A stretch of 64,000 nt of DNA from Methanomassiliicoccaceae archaeon UBA472. GTDB lineage: Archaea; Thermoplasmatota; Thermoplasmata; Methanomassiliicoccales; UBA472. Under the pieces are notes generated by a model. That model was not told where the DNA came from. It saw only the letters and a program-made list of their open reading frames with translations, and did not search any database. Where the stretch lies: contig DAML01000012.1 of the NCBI GenBank assembly GCA_002497075.1, positions 42,903 to 106,902 on the forward strand, in the 5' to 3' direction. The first letter of the stretch is position 1, and every line of letters begins with the position of its first letter. The position numbers and the translations under genes were made by a program. Below, in pieces: positions 37,670 through 46,548 of the stretch.

Positions 37670-38032
37670 TCAGATGGCGTTGACCGCTCTTATGAAGCGG
37701 TCCGGGTTGGTGGCCTGGAGCATCTTCTCCACTTCCTCTATGGAGCCGATCAGACGAGCCTTGCCGAAGGTGTTCCCGACCAGGGCGTACGCTTCCTGGC
37801 GGCTCTCGTCCACCAGCTCGACCTGGATTATGTCGTGCAGCCTCTGCAGGCTGTCGACGGCCCATTCCGCCTGCTTGCGGTCGGAGACCGTGAGGACGAC
37901 GCGGGACTTGCCGGGCATCTCGCACTTCCCGACGACGATGGTGTCCACGTTGATTTTGCGGCGGGTGAACTCGCCCATGATCCTCTGCATGACCCCGAAC
38001 TCGTCATTCACGACCATCGATATGACTTCCAT
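37670..38032 (-). CDS. ACT-domain protein resembling acetolactate synthase small subunit (IlvN/IlvH-like)
   Basis: ISMVVNDEFGVMQRIMGEFTRRKINVDTIVVG...SRVVLTV pattern. No large-subunit gene is in the window. Start at ATG 38032, or GTG 38050 overlapping the upstream stop. Confidence 0.6.
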   Translation of the reverse strand: MEVISMVVNDEFGVMQRIMGEFTRRKINVDTIVVGKCEMPGKSRVVLTVSDRKQAEWAVDSLQRLHDIIQVELVDESRQEAYALVGNTFGKARLIGSIEEVEKMLQATNPDRFIRAVNAI

Positions 38033-38046
38033 GTCGATCCCTGTCC

Positions 38047-38271
38047 TCACTTCTTTCCTTTTATCGGTATCTGATAGTTCCGCACGCTGTGGTTCTTCTT
38101 TATAGGTTGGTAATAACCGTCGTCATTGCGCCCGTTGTCCTGTCCGCTAGGATACTTCGGTGTGGATAACCAGGGCAGCTGACGGCAGTCGCTTCCCTCG
38201 ATCACCTTGGGGCGACGCCCCGCGCCTTTCGCCACACCAAGGACCAGCAGTCCGAACAGGAGCATTCTCAT
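38047..38271 (-). CDS. small putative secreted protein (74 aa), hypothetical
   Basis: MRMLLFGLLVLGVAKG signal-like N-terminus, gaggt about 10 nt upstream of the ATG, and a stop adjacent to the ACT gene start. Confidence 0.3.
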   Translation of the reverse strand: MRMLLFGLLVLGVAKGAGRRPKVIEGSDCRQLPWLSTPKYPSGQDNGRNDDGYYQPIKKNHSVRNYQIPIKGKK

Positions 38272-38404
38272 TGACAACCCAACCTCACAATGAACGGGAA
38301 AGCCAAAGGCTCCCCTTTCAGATACCCAAGACGCGCTGGACCAGAACAATGTCGGTGCAAATGCTCAGCGCTTCCATGGTCCTTTTGTATTTCTGACACC
38401 ATAT

Positions 38405-39214
38405 TTAAGGGTTGTCTTGGACCCCGTTCCCGTTCGGCACGAAATCCGGGGGTATGCCTGGGTCCATGGCGGTCATCTCTTTCAGTATCCTCCTCAGGAA
38501 CACCTTGGTGCGGGGGTTCTGGGGATTTACGAATATCTCCTCGGGGGTGCCCTGCTCGGCGATCACCCCTTGGTCCATGAATATTATCTTGTCCGCCATC
38601 TCGCGGGCGAAGCCCATCTCGTGCGTCACCACCACCATGGTCATTCCGGAGAGCGCCAGCTTCTTCATGACGTCCAGGACCTCGCCAATAAGTTCGGGGT
38701 CCAGCGCCGACGTCGGCTCGTCGAACAGAATTACTTTGGGGTCCATGGCCATGGCCCGGGCGATGGCCACCCTCTGCTGCTGCCCGCCGGAAAGCTCGCC
38801 GGGATAGGCGTCCGCCTTTTCCCCCAGGCCAACCTTCACCAGGGCATTGATCGCTCTCTCCTCGGCCTCGGCCTTGGTCATCCTTTTGACCTTCATGAGG
38901 GCCAGGGCGATGTTCCTCTTGGCCGTGAGGTGCATGAATAGGTTGAACGACTGGAACACCATGTTCATCTGCGTACGGACGGCATTGATGTCGATGTCCT
39001 TGTCGTTGATATCGTGGCCCTGAAAGATGATCCTGCCTCCGTCCGGGACGTTCAGGTGGTTCAGGCAGCGCAGCAACGTGCTCTTTCCGCTTCCGGACGG
39101 CCCGATGATGGTCACGACCTCCTGGGGCATGACCTTCATGGAAATTCCTTTGAGCACGTGGTTGTCACCGAAGGACTTCTTCAGGTCGATCACGTCGAGT
39201 ATAGGCTCGGTCAT
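38405..39214 (-). CDS. polar amino acid ABC transporter ATP-binding protein
   Basis: Walker [10 protein letters not shown], signature LSGGQQQR, Walker [12 protein letters not shown]. About 25-aa C-terminal tail. Confidence 0.9.
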   Translation of the reverse strand: MTEPILDVIDLKKSFGDNHVLKGISMKVMPQEVVTIIGPSGSGKSTLLRCLNHLNVPDGGRIIFQGHDINDKDIDINAVRTQMNMVFQSFNLFMHLTAKRNIALALMKVKRMTKAEAEERAINALVKVGLGEKADAYPGELSGGQQQRVAIARAMAMDPKVILFDEPTSALDPELIGEVLDVMKKLALSGMTMVVVTHEMGFAREMADKIIFMDQGVIAEQGTPEEIFVNPQNPRTKVFLRRILKEMTAMDPGIPPDFVPNGNGVQDNP

Positions 39215-39897
39215 TTCTGATCACCCCCCATCATGCCCGGAATGGCGAAGCGCCTTTCCACGTACCTCAGGATACGGGAGGTGCTGAAGGTCAGCACGAA
39301 GTACAGTATCGCCACGAACAGCAGTACCGGGATGGACTGACCGGTGGTGGCGCTGATGAGCTTTCCCCGCAGGGTGAGCTCTAGGACGCCTATGGTCATC
39401 ACCAGTGAGGAGTCCTTTATCATGGTAATGAACTCGTTGGTGTACGGTGGTAGTGCGTTGCGAAGCGCTTGAGGAATGACCACGTTGAAGAGCGCCTGGT
39501 TGTAGGTCATGCCCAACGATCGCGCGGCCTCTATCTGCCCGATGGATATGGATTGCACGCCGCCGCGGAATATTTCTGATTGATATGCGGCGCTGTTTAG
39601 AGATAGAGCGATCAATCCGGCCACCAGGGGACTGTCGATGTAGATGCCCATCTGGGGAAGGCCGAGATAGATCAAGAATATCTGAATGAGGAGCGGAGTG
39701 CCGCGGAACGCCTCCACGTACACCGATGAAGCGCCGTAAACCAATGGGTTACGCGATATGCGGCACATGCCGATCAGTATACCGCCTATGAACCCCAGGA
39801 TGATGGAGACGACCGATATCAGCAGGGTCGTTTGCAACCCTTTCATGAATATCGGGAAGTACTCGGATATTATCGTCCAATCAATGGTCATGACCAT
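39211..39897 (-). CDS. polar amino acid ABC transporter permease (HisM/GlnP type)
   Basis: EAARSLGM...[22 protein letters not shown]-loop region. The stop overlaps the ATPase start (ATGA). Confidence 0.88.
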   Translation of the reverse strand: MVMTIDWTIISEYFPIFMKGLQTTLLISVVSIILGFIGGILIGMCRISRNPLVYGASSVYVEAFRGTPLLIQIFLIYLGLPQMGIYIDSPLVAGLIALSLNSAAYQSEIFRGGVQSISIGQIEAARSLGMTYNQALFNVVIPQALRNALPPYTNEFITMIKDSSLVMTIGVLELTLRGKLISATTGQSIPVLLFVAILYFVLTFSTSRILRYVERRFAIPGMMGGDQK

Positions 39898-39959
39898 TTT
39901 GCGGCACCTGTTCCATTAGTTGAATAAAGTTAAAGGAAAGGGGTTTGGAGATAGCTCGC

Positions 39960-40817
39960 TTAAAGCAGCCACTCGTTCAGGATGTCGTCCAGGGTCCCGT
40001 CGGCGATCATGTCGGCGATGGCCGAATCGATCGCGGCCTTCAGTTCAGGCTCGTCCTGAGGTATGAGGATACCGTAGGACTCCAGGGTGTAGATCACGAA
40101 CGCCACCTTCAGGTCGTAGTTGGTGTCGTTGGCGTACTTGTTGGCCACCGGGGTGTCCACGATGAACGCATCGTACTGTCCGTTCTCAACGCCCAGCACG
40201 GCGGCCGGAACGTCAGCTAGGTCTATCTTATCGTCGGGGTCGAGGTTATCATCGACCCACCAAGAACCGGTGGTTCCGGTCTGGGTCACCAAGGTGGTCC
40301 CGTTGAGGTCGTCCAGGGTCGCGATGTCGCTGCTGTTCTGCACCAGCACGGCCTGGTTGGCCACGTAGTACGGGGACGAGAAGTCGTTGATCTCGTCACG
40401 GGCGGCGGTTATGGTTATCGAAGATATGGCGCAGTCAAGCTGGCCGGTCTGAACCGCGGCGAACAGCGGGTCGAAGTCCATGGTCTTCCACTCTATGGTC
40501 ACATTGAGCTTCGCAGCCACGTACATCATGATCTCGATGTCTATGCCCTCGAGCTCGTCAGTGGTGGCGTTGATGTTCTCGAACGGCGGGTAAGGCACCT
40601 GGGTACCCACTACGATCTTGCCCCTGCTCTGGATCCGGTCCAGGGCGTTGTCGTATTCCTCCTCATCGTTCAGGAATCCTCCCAAAACGACGACAGCGAC
40701 GAGAGCCACGACGATCACGACCACAGCGGCGATGATCATCATGTTCTTCTTGCCGCCCTTCTTCTTCAGGGAGGCCCCGCTGTCGGCGGGTTGACTGGAA
40801 ACGGTATCGTCTGCCAT
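39960..40817 (-). CDS. polar amino acid ABC transporter substrate-binding protein (membrane-anchored)
   Basis: N-terminal TM anchor, then the canonical type-II SBP order (KIVVGTQVPYPPFE...GIDIEI...). Confidence 0.85.
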   Translation of the reverse strand: MADDTVSSQPADSGASLKKKGGKKNMMIIAAVVVIVVALVAVVVLGGFLNDEEEYDNALDRIQSRGKIVVGTQVPYPPFENINATTDELEGIDIEIMMYVAAKLNVTIEWKTMDFDPLFAAVQTGQLDCAISSITITAARDEINDFSSPYYVANQAVLVQNSSDIATLDDLNGTTLVTQTGTTGSWWVDDNLDPDDKIDLADVPAAVLGVENGQYDAFIVDTPVANKYANDTNYDLKVAFVIYTLESYGILIPQDEPELKAAIDSAIADMIADGTLDDILNEWLL

Positions 40818-40893
40818 GGATTATCACGGATACCTTGATTTGATTTAAAACTATTTTCTGAGATTGGGGAGAAACGGTAGTGTTATTCTGTTG

Positions 40894-40913
40894 TTCGTAA
40901 ATTTATTTACGAA
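40894..40913. promoter_or_regulatory. perfect 20-bp palindrome TTCGTAAAT-TT-ATTTACGAA upstream of the amino-acid ABC operon
   Basis: 9-bp arms with a 2-bp centre. Lies about 77-96 nt upstream of the SBP ATG (40817) and about 60 nt downstream of the double-wHTH gene stop. Confidence 0.45.
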
Positions 40914-40961
40914 TTGCGTAGTAAAACCTTCATTTTGACCATTAAAATACGATTTGCGTAG
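40908..40961. repeat. direct repeat TACGA(A/T)TTGCGTAG, two copies 40 bp apart
   Basis: Copies at 40908-40921 (tacgaattgcgtag) and 40948-40961 (tacgatttgcgtag). The first overlaps the right arm of the palindrome. Confidence 0.45.
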
Positions 40962-40972
40962 AAAGGATGGGA

Positions 40973-41506
40973 TCACCTTTCCGTAAGCCGGTTCCACACC
41001 TCTAGGAGGGCGTCGGCCGAGTCCCTCTCCACATCGTCCCGAACCCATATCAGCAACCTCATGATCTTGATGGGGTCGGCCAAACAGATCCTTTTTTCCT
41101 GATCATCGCTCACCTTGATAAGATCGGCGGAGACCAAACGCTTGATATGATAGGTCAGGGTGGATTTCGATACTCCGACGAGGGGTGCCAATTCACAGTA
41201 TTTGATCGAGCCTTTGTCCAGAACGAACAGCAGGATGGCCCGGGTCGAACGATTCTTGAGATAGGATATGGACCTGATATCGGTGGGATGCAAGGCGTCG
41301 GTCGAAAAATATCGGACATGATTCCCCTCCTGCACCGTTATGACCATGCCAGCATCGGCTAGGACCTTGAGATGATAGCTCAGCATCCCCAGCTCCATGT
41401 CCAGCCCCCTCTCCATCTCCCGCAGGAACGTTCCTGGCCTGGACCTGATGAACTCGAATATCCTTTTTCGGCTCTCCAGATCTAAGGCATCTTCCATGCG
41501 CATCAT
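40973..41506 (-). CDS. transcriptional regulator with two tandem ArsR-like wHTH domains
   Basis: Two copies of an HTH-wing pattern (RKRIFEFIRSRPGTFLREMERGLDMELGMLSYHLKVLADAGMV and RAILLFVLDKGSIKYCELAPLVGVSKSTLTYHIKRLVSADLI). ATG 41506 overlaps the upstream stop (ATGA). Confidence 0.7.
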   Translation of the reverse strand: MMRMEDALDLESRKRIFEFIRSRPGTFLREMERGLDMELGMLSYHLKVLADAGMVITVQEGNHVRYFSTDALHPTDIRSISYLKNRSTRAILLFVLDKGSIKYCELAPLVGVSKSTLTYHIKRLVSADLIKVSDDQEKRICLADPIKIMRLLIWVRDDVERDSADALLEVWNRLTER

Positions 41507-41766
41507 CCTTTGAGCAATGCCAGATAATTTGCCCCGATTATCAGCAAAAGGAGCACGACAGCCCAATTGCTCAGGCTCCAATCGGAGCGGTCAAGGACCT
41601 CCCCTATCAGTACCAGCGATGACAGCGCCGTGAAGCCGGCGAACGATATCGCTATCCATGTCATCCTGCCCCTCTTCGCCCTTCTGGCCGCTCTGATGCT
41701 GACCAGAAGCATGATAGCGCTGATGCCCAATAGAACGATCCTCAAGGCCAGGTCCGTTGGATTCAA
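41503..41766 (-). CDS. small 3-TM membrane protein translationally coupled to the double-wHTH regulator
   Basis: TTG start with ggggg about 10 nt upstream and three hydrophobic segments. The stop overlaps the regulator ATG. Confidence 0.5.
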   Translation of the reverse strand: MNPTDLALRIVLLGISAIMLLVSIRAARRAKRGRMTWIAISFAGFTALSSLVLIGEVLDRSDWSLSNWAVVLLLLIIGANYLALLKG

Positions 41767-41907
41767 AGACCATTAACCCCCGATGATATTAGTGCCCCTG
41801 CGGTTATAATGCATTCGTTGTCTTTCAATAAAATGAGAAAGGAGACTCTACGTTTGATATGTGTACCAATAACTCTTATGAGCTAAACCTCTATAATGAC
41901 CATTTAG

Positions 41908-43026
41908 GTGTTGATTTTGCGATTGTCGCAGATGCTCAGCATCCTGTTTGCTGTCATTCTAATTAATTTAGCATTGGCTACATTCATTCCCTTCTCCCAG
42001 GCGGAAGCCACCCCTGTGACCGCCTTCAATGGTTCCGTAGTTTATGATCATGGCTCAGGAGAGGGAAACTACATATTTTTCGATCTGAACGAGACGAACG
42101 GCCTGATCTCCGATTACGGCATCAACACCTCGAACGGAAGAAAGGTGCTGATAGACAACATCTCATTGGAAGGTTTCATCCCTTCCGAGATGGACCTTCT
42201 CGGTTCGCTGGTCAAGATGAGCGACGATAACACATCCCTGACCATGCACGACAACCCGACCGGACTTATGCACGCCAAGATGAAGCAGGTGACCATGGTG
42301 AACCTGGAGCTGGCCGGGGACCTGGTGGTCGTAGAGCAGAGGGAGTCCGATGAGGAGAATGACACCTATTACGAATTGGTGGTCTCCGATAACGTCACAA
42401 GAGGGCTGATAGTATCCGACAAGCCGTTCGATGTCCTTGAGAACGGTACGTTCATCGAGACCGAATGCAAGGACCTCCTGATCCGCTTCCTACCTCATGT
42501 TGACCCGGAGCGCGGATGGATGGAGACGGTGCTCATGGAGGCGGTGGAGGACGGACGGATATCCGCCGAAGTGTTCCTGGCCATCGACGAGGAGGGCGCG
42601 GGGTCCGATGTAGTGACCTACAACACCGTTATCCAGGTAGAGGTCCGTTCGGTGCAACATAACCGTTTCCAGATCGGGACCGGCGGGGAGAACCCCGATG
42701 GGATGCTGTTATTGGTGCATGTGGAGGAAGAGATCATGGAGGTAGCCGAAGGGCGCCTGCGGGTGGAGAGGGCGGGCACCGATCTCCAGCTCCAAGATCC
42801 CATGGTGCTGATCTACGAACATCCTGAAGAGCCCAGTTACGCGGTCATTGACGACGGGGATGCCGATCAGATGCTGATCTACCTCCCCTCGAGCGCGCTG
42901 GGAGACGTGACCGTGGATGGGATAAGCCCCTGGGCGTCACTGCTCACTCCCGCCGGACTTATCGCGACCGTAGGCTCAATCGCATTGGTGCTGATCGCTG
43001 GGTTCTTGGTGTTGAGAAAGAGATAA
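41908..43026 (+). CDS. secreted cell-surface protein with C-terminal TM anchor
   Basis: Signal peptide ...LINLALATFIPFSQAEA, several N-x-S/T sequons, acidic ectodomain. C-terminal anchor LIATVGSIALVLIAGFLVLRKR. Start at GTG 41908 or ATG 41932. Confidence 0.65.
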   Translation: MLILRLSQMLSILFAVILINLALATFIPFSQAEATPVTAFNGSVVYDHGSGEGNYIFFDLNETNGLISDYGINTSNGRKVLIDNISLEGFIPSEMDLLGSLVKMSDDNTSLTMHDNPTGLMHAKMKQVTMVNLELAGDLVVVEQRESDEENDTYYELVVSDNVTRGLIVSDKPFDVLENGTFIETECKDLLIRFLPHVDPERGWMETVLMEAVEDGRISAEVFLAIDEEGAGSDVVTYNTVIQVEVRSVQHNRFQIGTGGENPDGMLLLVHVEEEIMEVAEGRLRVERAGTDLQLQDPMVLIYEHPEEPSYAVIDDGDADQMLIYLPSSALGDVTVDGISPWASLLTPAGLIATVGSIALVLIAGFLVLRKR

Positions 43027-43055
43027 ACGAAATTGCTGACGCGTCTAAAAGACGG

Positions 43056-43943
43056 TCATTTTTCGACTTCCTTGGTGCTCTGCACCACCTGCCAGACCGC
43101 CCGGTCCCCCTTGTCCAGCCGGACATGGACGGAAGCGTAGAACCTGGCGAAGGCCTCCAGGGACATGGCCCAGGCCATCTTCAAAGGGTGGTTGGCGTTG
43201 TCCTTCAGGAAGCTGAGGTAGGCGTTGATCAGATACCGCTTGTCCCACGTTGGAATATCATAATCGAACCAGCGCTTCATGTACCGCTCGCCTATGTTGA
43301 CCCGGGTACGCTGCTCGAAGAAGTCTTCCACATTGGTCGGCCCGCGGTTGTAGATCATGGCCGACGGTTCGTACCTCACTTTGAGCCCGCGCTTCTCCAT
43401 GTCCCGCCGGATGAGGTCCTCATCGCTCCCCATTCCTACCGGAATGCGCAGCCCGGTGTTCCGGAAGGCCACTATCTCGCCCACCTTCGGGTGTATCAGC
43501 GACAGCCGATGATGCATGTCCCAGAGCATGTGCACGGCGAAGCCCATGAAGGTGTTCTTGTCGTTAACAGGCACCGGATGCCCGCCCACCATTCCGGTCT
43601 CGGGGTCCAGGAAGTGCTCGGCCATCAGATCGAACGTGTCTTCTTTCATGACGTTGTCAGCGTTGGCCAGGAACAGCACGTCGCCCTTGGCCGCCTCGAT
43701 GAACGCGTTGACCGCGGAGTTCTTTCCCTCCCGCTTCTCCTGCCTTATCAGACGGACCCGGGCGTCGACGTCCCTCGAATATTCGAGCACCAACTCGTCC
43801 GTGCGGTCGATGCTGCCGCTGGATATGACCAGCATCTCCACCAGCTCCTTTCCTTCGAGCTTCTGGGAGCTCAGGGAGCGCAGGCACTTGAGGATGTTCT
43901 TCTCCTCGTTGTAAGCGCATACCCCGGCCGATATGGTCAGCAT
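43056..43943 (-). CDS. family 2 glycosyltransferase
   Basis: GVCAYNEEKNI... and LANADN (DxD-like). ATG 43943 lies about 28 nt downstream of caatatttatcc; the track start is GTG 43964. Confidence 0.8.
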   Translation of the reverse strand: MLTISAGVCAYNEEKNILKCLRSLSSQKLEGKELVEMLVISSGSIDRTDELVLEYSRDVDARVRLIRQEKREGKNSAVNAFIEAAKGDVLFLANADNVMKEDTFDLMAEHFLDPETGMVGGHPVPVNDKNTFMGFAVHMLWDMHHRLSLIHPKVGEIVAFRNTGLRIPVGMGSDEDLIRRDMEKRGLKVRYEPSAMIYNRGPTNVEDFFEQRTRVNIGERYMKRWFDYDIPTWDKRYLINAYLSFLKDNANHPLKMAWAMSLEAFARFYASVHVRLDKGDRAVWQVVQSTKEVEK

Positions 43944-43964
43944 CGCTAGGAGAAAGGGGAACAC

Positions 43965-43976
43965 GGATAAATATTG
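43965..43976 (-). promoter_or_regulatory. TATA-like box for GT2 gene 43056..43943
   Basis: caatatttatcc centred about 28 nt upstream of ATG 43943. Confidence 0.4.
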
Positions 43977-44020
43977 TCAGAGCCGGGGATGACGTCCGTC
44001 ACGTATTCTAAACCTGACAA

Positions 44021-44032
44021 TCTATAAATATG
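44021..44032 (+). promoter_or_regulatory. TATA-like box for the Dpm1-like GT2 gene
   Basis: tctataaatatg centred about 34 nt upstream of ATG 44061. Confidence 0.4.
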
Positions 44033-44060
44033 CTTAAAAATTCTTGTGATGAGGATTGGG

Positions 44061-45164
44061 ATGGCTCAGAAGACCTACGGTGATTTGACGGTCATCCTTC
44101 CCACTTACAACGAGGGAGGGAACATCCAGTCCATGCTGGAGACCCTTGATTCGCTCTACCCCGGAGCGTCGATCATCGTGGCAGACGACAACTCCAAGGA
44201 CGAGACCCCTGAACTGGTCCGTTCCTTCGCTGCGAGCCACCCCAAAGCAAGGCTCCTCAGCCGCGACCCCAGCGACCGCGGGCTCACCGCCAGCATCATG
44301 GAGGGGATCGCGGAGACCCGGACGAAGCTCTTCGTGGTCATGGACGCCGACTTCCAGCACCCCCCGGGATCCGTGGGCGGAATGTACGACCTTCTGGCCG
44401 AAGGCGCGGACATGGCCGTCGGCAAGCGGGAGGACAAGGCGAGCCTGAGCTCCAGCCGCATGCTGGCGTCGTGGGGCGCCAACGCCTTGGCAAGATCTTA
44501 TCTGGCGGTGATGAGGCGGCCGACCACCGAGGACACCATGAGCGGGTTCTTCGGCGGACGGACCGACAAGTGCCAAGAGGTCATCACCAAGTACGGCCGC
44601 AAGTTCGAACGGGCCGGTTTCAAGGTCCTCTTCGACATTCTCAAGTTCCTGCCCCGGGACACCGTGGTCAGGGAACTGGAGTTCCATTTCTCATCCCGAC
44701 GCGCTGGTAAGTCCAAGCTTTCCTCGAGGGTCATTCTTTCGATACTCCGGCAATGCGGACCGGCCGGCAAGGCCGCTGCGCTTGGGGTCAACTTCCTCTT
44801 CATCAACATGCTGGGCAGGTACATATCCGCTCTGGTGCTGGGATTGACGTTCACCTTCGCCCTGATGGGCACGCTGAACGTGGCGTACGACGACCACCTG
44901 GTGAACTCCACGATTCTGGCGTTCGTGCTCGCCATGGCCTATCTGGTCGTGGCCAACAAGTACCTTTTCTCGCACGGGAAGCGGGACCGCCTCATCATCG
45001 GGATGAAGATGGTGTTCACCGGTTTCACCGGCTTCCTGATCAGCCTGTTCTTCTTCTACATGCTGTTCTCCACGAGCTATAACGTTCAGACCTGGCCGAT
45101 GTTCCTGGGTTTTGGCATAGCCTATCTCTGGAACACCCTGAGCAGCGTCATCCCCGAGAAGTGA
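44061..45164 (+). CDS. dolichyl-phosphate sugar synthase-like GT2 fused to a GtrA-like membrane domain
   Basis: LTVILPTYNEGGNI, VADDNSKD, DADFQHPP motifs. C-terminal 4-TM region. Start at ATG 44061. Confidence 0.8.
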   Translation: MAQKTYGDLTVILPTYNEGGNIQSMLETLDSLYPGASIIVADDNSKDETPELVRSFAASHPKARLLSRDPSDRGLTASIMEGIAETRTKLFVVMDADFQHPPGSVGGMYDLLAEGADMAVGKREDKASLSSSRMLASWGANALARSYLAVMRRPTTEDTMSGFFGGRTDKCQEVITKYGRKFERAGFKVLFDILKFLPRDTVVRELEFHFSSRRAGKSKLSSRVILSILRQCGPAGKAAALGVNFLFINMLGRYISALVLGLTFTFALMGTLNVAYDDHLVNSTILAFVLAMAYLVVANKYLFSHGKRDRLIIGMKMVFTGFTGFLISLFFFYMLFSTSYNVQTWPMFLGFGIAYLWNTLSSVIPEK

Positions 45165-46070
45165 TCAGGACCGCACCATCCAGATCATGGCCTGGGAGTA
45201 CCCTTTTAGATATTGGATGAAAGACCCCCGGGCCTTCTGCATGCTGATCAGCAGGAAGTAGTACGGCAGGAGTATGAAGGTCTGGCCCAGGAAACCGGTT
45301 ATGAATCGCGTGCCCCTCATCCTCTTCCGCACCATCATCAGCATGTTGCGGCCGTAGTAGTACGAACGGTAAGGGGTCATCAGGTTGGTGCCGACCACGC
45401 CGGTGGACAAGGACACCTTGTGCTCGGCCGTGGCCTTGGGCACCAGCCAGGAGCTGTGCCCCTTCTCCTTGGCCCTTAGGCAGAGGTCCAGGTCCTCGGC
45501 GTATATGTCGAAGTCTTCGTCAAATAGACCTACATCCCGGAACACCTGGGAGCGGACCATCATGGCGCACCCGGTGACGTAATTGACCTCGCGCTCCACA
45601 TCCCCGCCGTCGTCGCGGCGGTCCATCAGGGGATGCGTGGAAAAACCCAGAAGGTCATTGAAGTGCCCTCCGTTGAACCACATGACGTCCGTTCCGTAGT
45701 AGAATATCTTGGGGCCGGCGATCCCGGCGGACGGGTTTCTCTCAAGCGAACCCAGCAGCTCTTTCACCATCCCTGGATGGGCGACGGCGTCGTTGTTGAT
45801 CAGAAGAACGTGGGTCGCCCCTTTCTCCAAGGCCGTTCGGATGCCGATGTTGACCCCTTTGACGTAACCTAGGTTCTGCGGGTTCTCGATCACCGTGAGG
45901 CCGGGATATCTATCTCTGAGAAGGGCGGACGACCCGTCGTTGGAACCGTTGTCCACCACCACGACCTCCGCCTCGGGATTTCCCTGCAGGAGCGAATCGA
46001 CACACTCCAAGGTGTCTTTCGCTCGGTTCCAATTCACCGTTACGGCGAATGGCCTGAGGGCCTGGGGCAT
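45165..46070 (-). CDS. family 2 glycosyltransferase (rhamnosyl/galactofuranosyl-transferase-like)
   Basis: FAVTVNWNRAKDTLECVDSL...VVVDNGSNDGS...NLGYVKGVN. Confidence 0.8.
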   Translation of the reverse strand: MPQALRPFAVTVNWNRAKDTLECVDSLLQGNPEAEVVVVDNGSNDGSSALLRDRYPGLTVIENPQNLGYVKGVNIGIRTALEKGATHVLLINNDAVAHPGMVKELLGSLERNPSAGIAGPKIFYYGTDVMWFNGGHFNDLLGFSTHPLMDRRDDGGDVEREVNYVTGCAMMVRSQVFRDVGLFDEDFDIYAEDLDLCLRAKEKGHSSWLVPKATAEHKVSLSTGVVGTNLMTPYRSYYYGRNMLMMVRKRMRGTRFITGFLGQTFILLPYYFLLISMQKARGSFIQYLKGYSQAMIWMVRS

Positions 46071-46090
46071 ACTGATACGTATGGGGTCGA

Positions 46091-46100
46091 GCTATAAATC
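46091..46100 (-). promoter_or_regulatory. TATA-like box for GT2 gene 45165..46070
   Basis: gatttatagc centred about 26 nt upstream of ATG 46070. Confidence 0.4.
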
Positions 46101-46158
46101 TAATACTCCGGTCCTTTCTTCCAAAGTATTAACTTCATGGACCATCAATTTGAAAGAG

Positions 46159-46548
46159 ATGTCCTACAAGCAGTTCGACGTGTACGTGCAGGACCGCCCG
46201 GGGGAGGTCTCCCGGGTGACGGAGACCCTGGCCCATAACGCCGTCAACATCCGCGGGATAGCCACGGACATTGGCGCGGGAAGGCCGAGGGTGCACATAA
46301 TCACCGACGACGACAACAGCGCCCGCAGCGCCTTGAAGGCGGCGCAGCTGGAATATGTGGAGCATGAGGTCATCGTGGTCTCCATGGCCGACAAGCCTGG
46401 CGAACTGGCCAAGATCACCAAGAAGCTGGCCCGGGGCGGCGTGAACATCAATTCCCTGTTCATGCTAGGCCCCATGACCCCCCTGGAAGAGGTGGCCATG
46501 ACCGTGGACCGCATGGAAGAGGCCAAGAGGCTGCTTGATTTCTCCTAG
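46159..46548 (+). CDS. tandem ACT-domain protein
   Basis: Two ACT-like repeats (VQDRPGEVSRVTETLA.. and MADKPGELAKITKKLA..). Start at ATG 46159. TAG stop. Confidence 0.65.
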   Translation: MSYKQFDVYVQDRPGEVSRVTETLAHNAVNIRGIATDIGAGRPRVHIITDDDNSARSALKAAQLEYVEHEVIVVSMADKPGELAKITKKLARGGVNINSLFMLGPMTPLEEVAMTVDRMEEAKRLLDFS

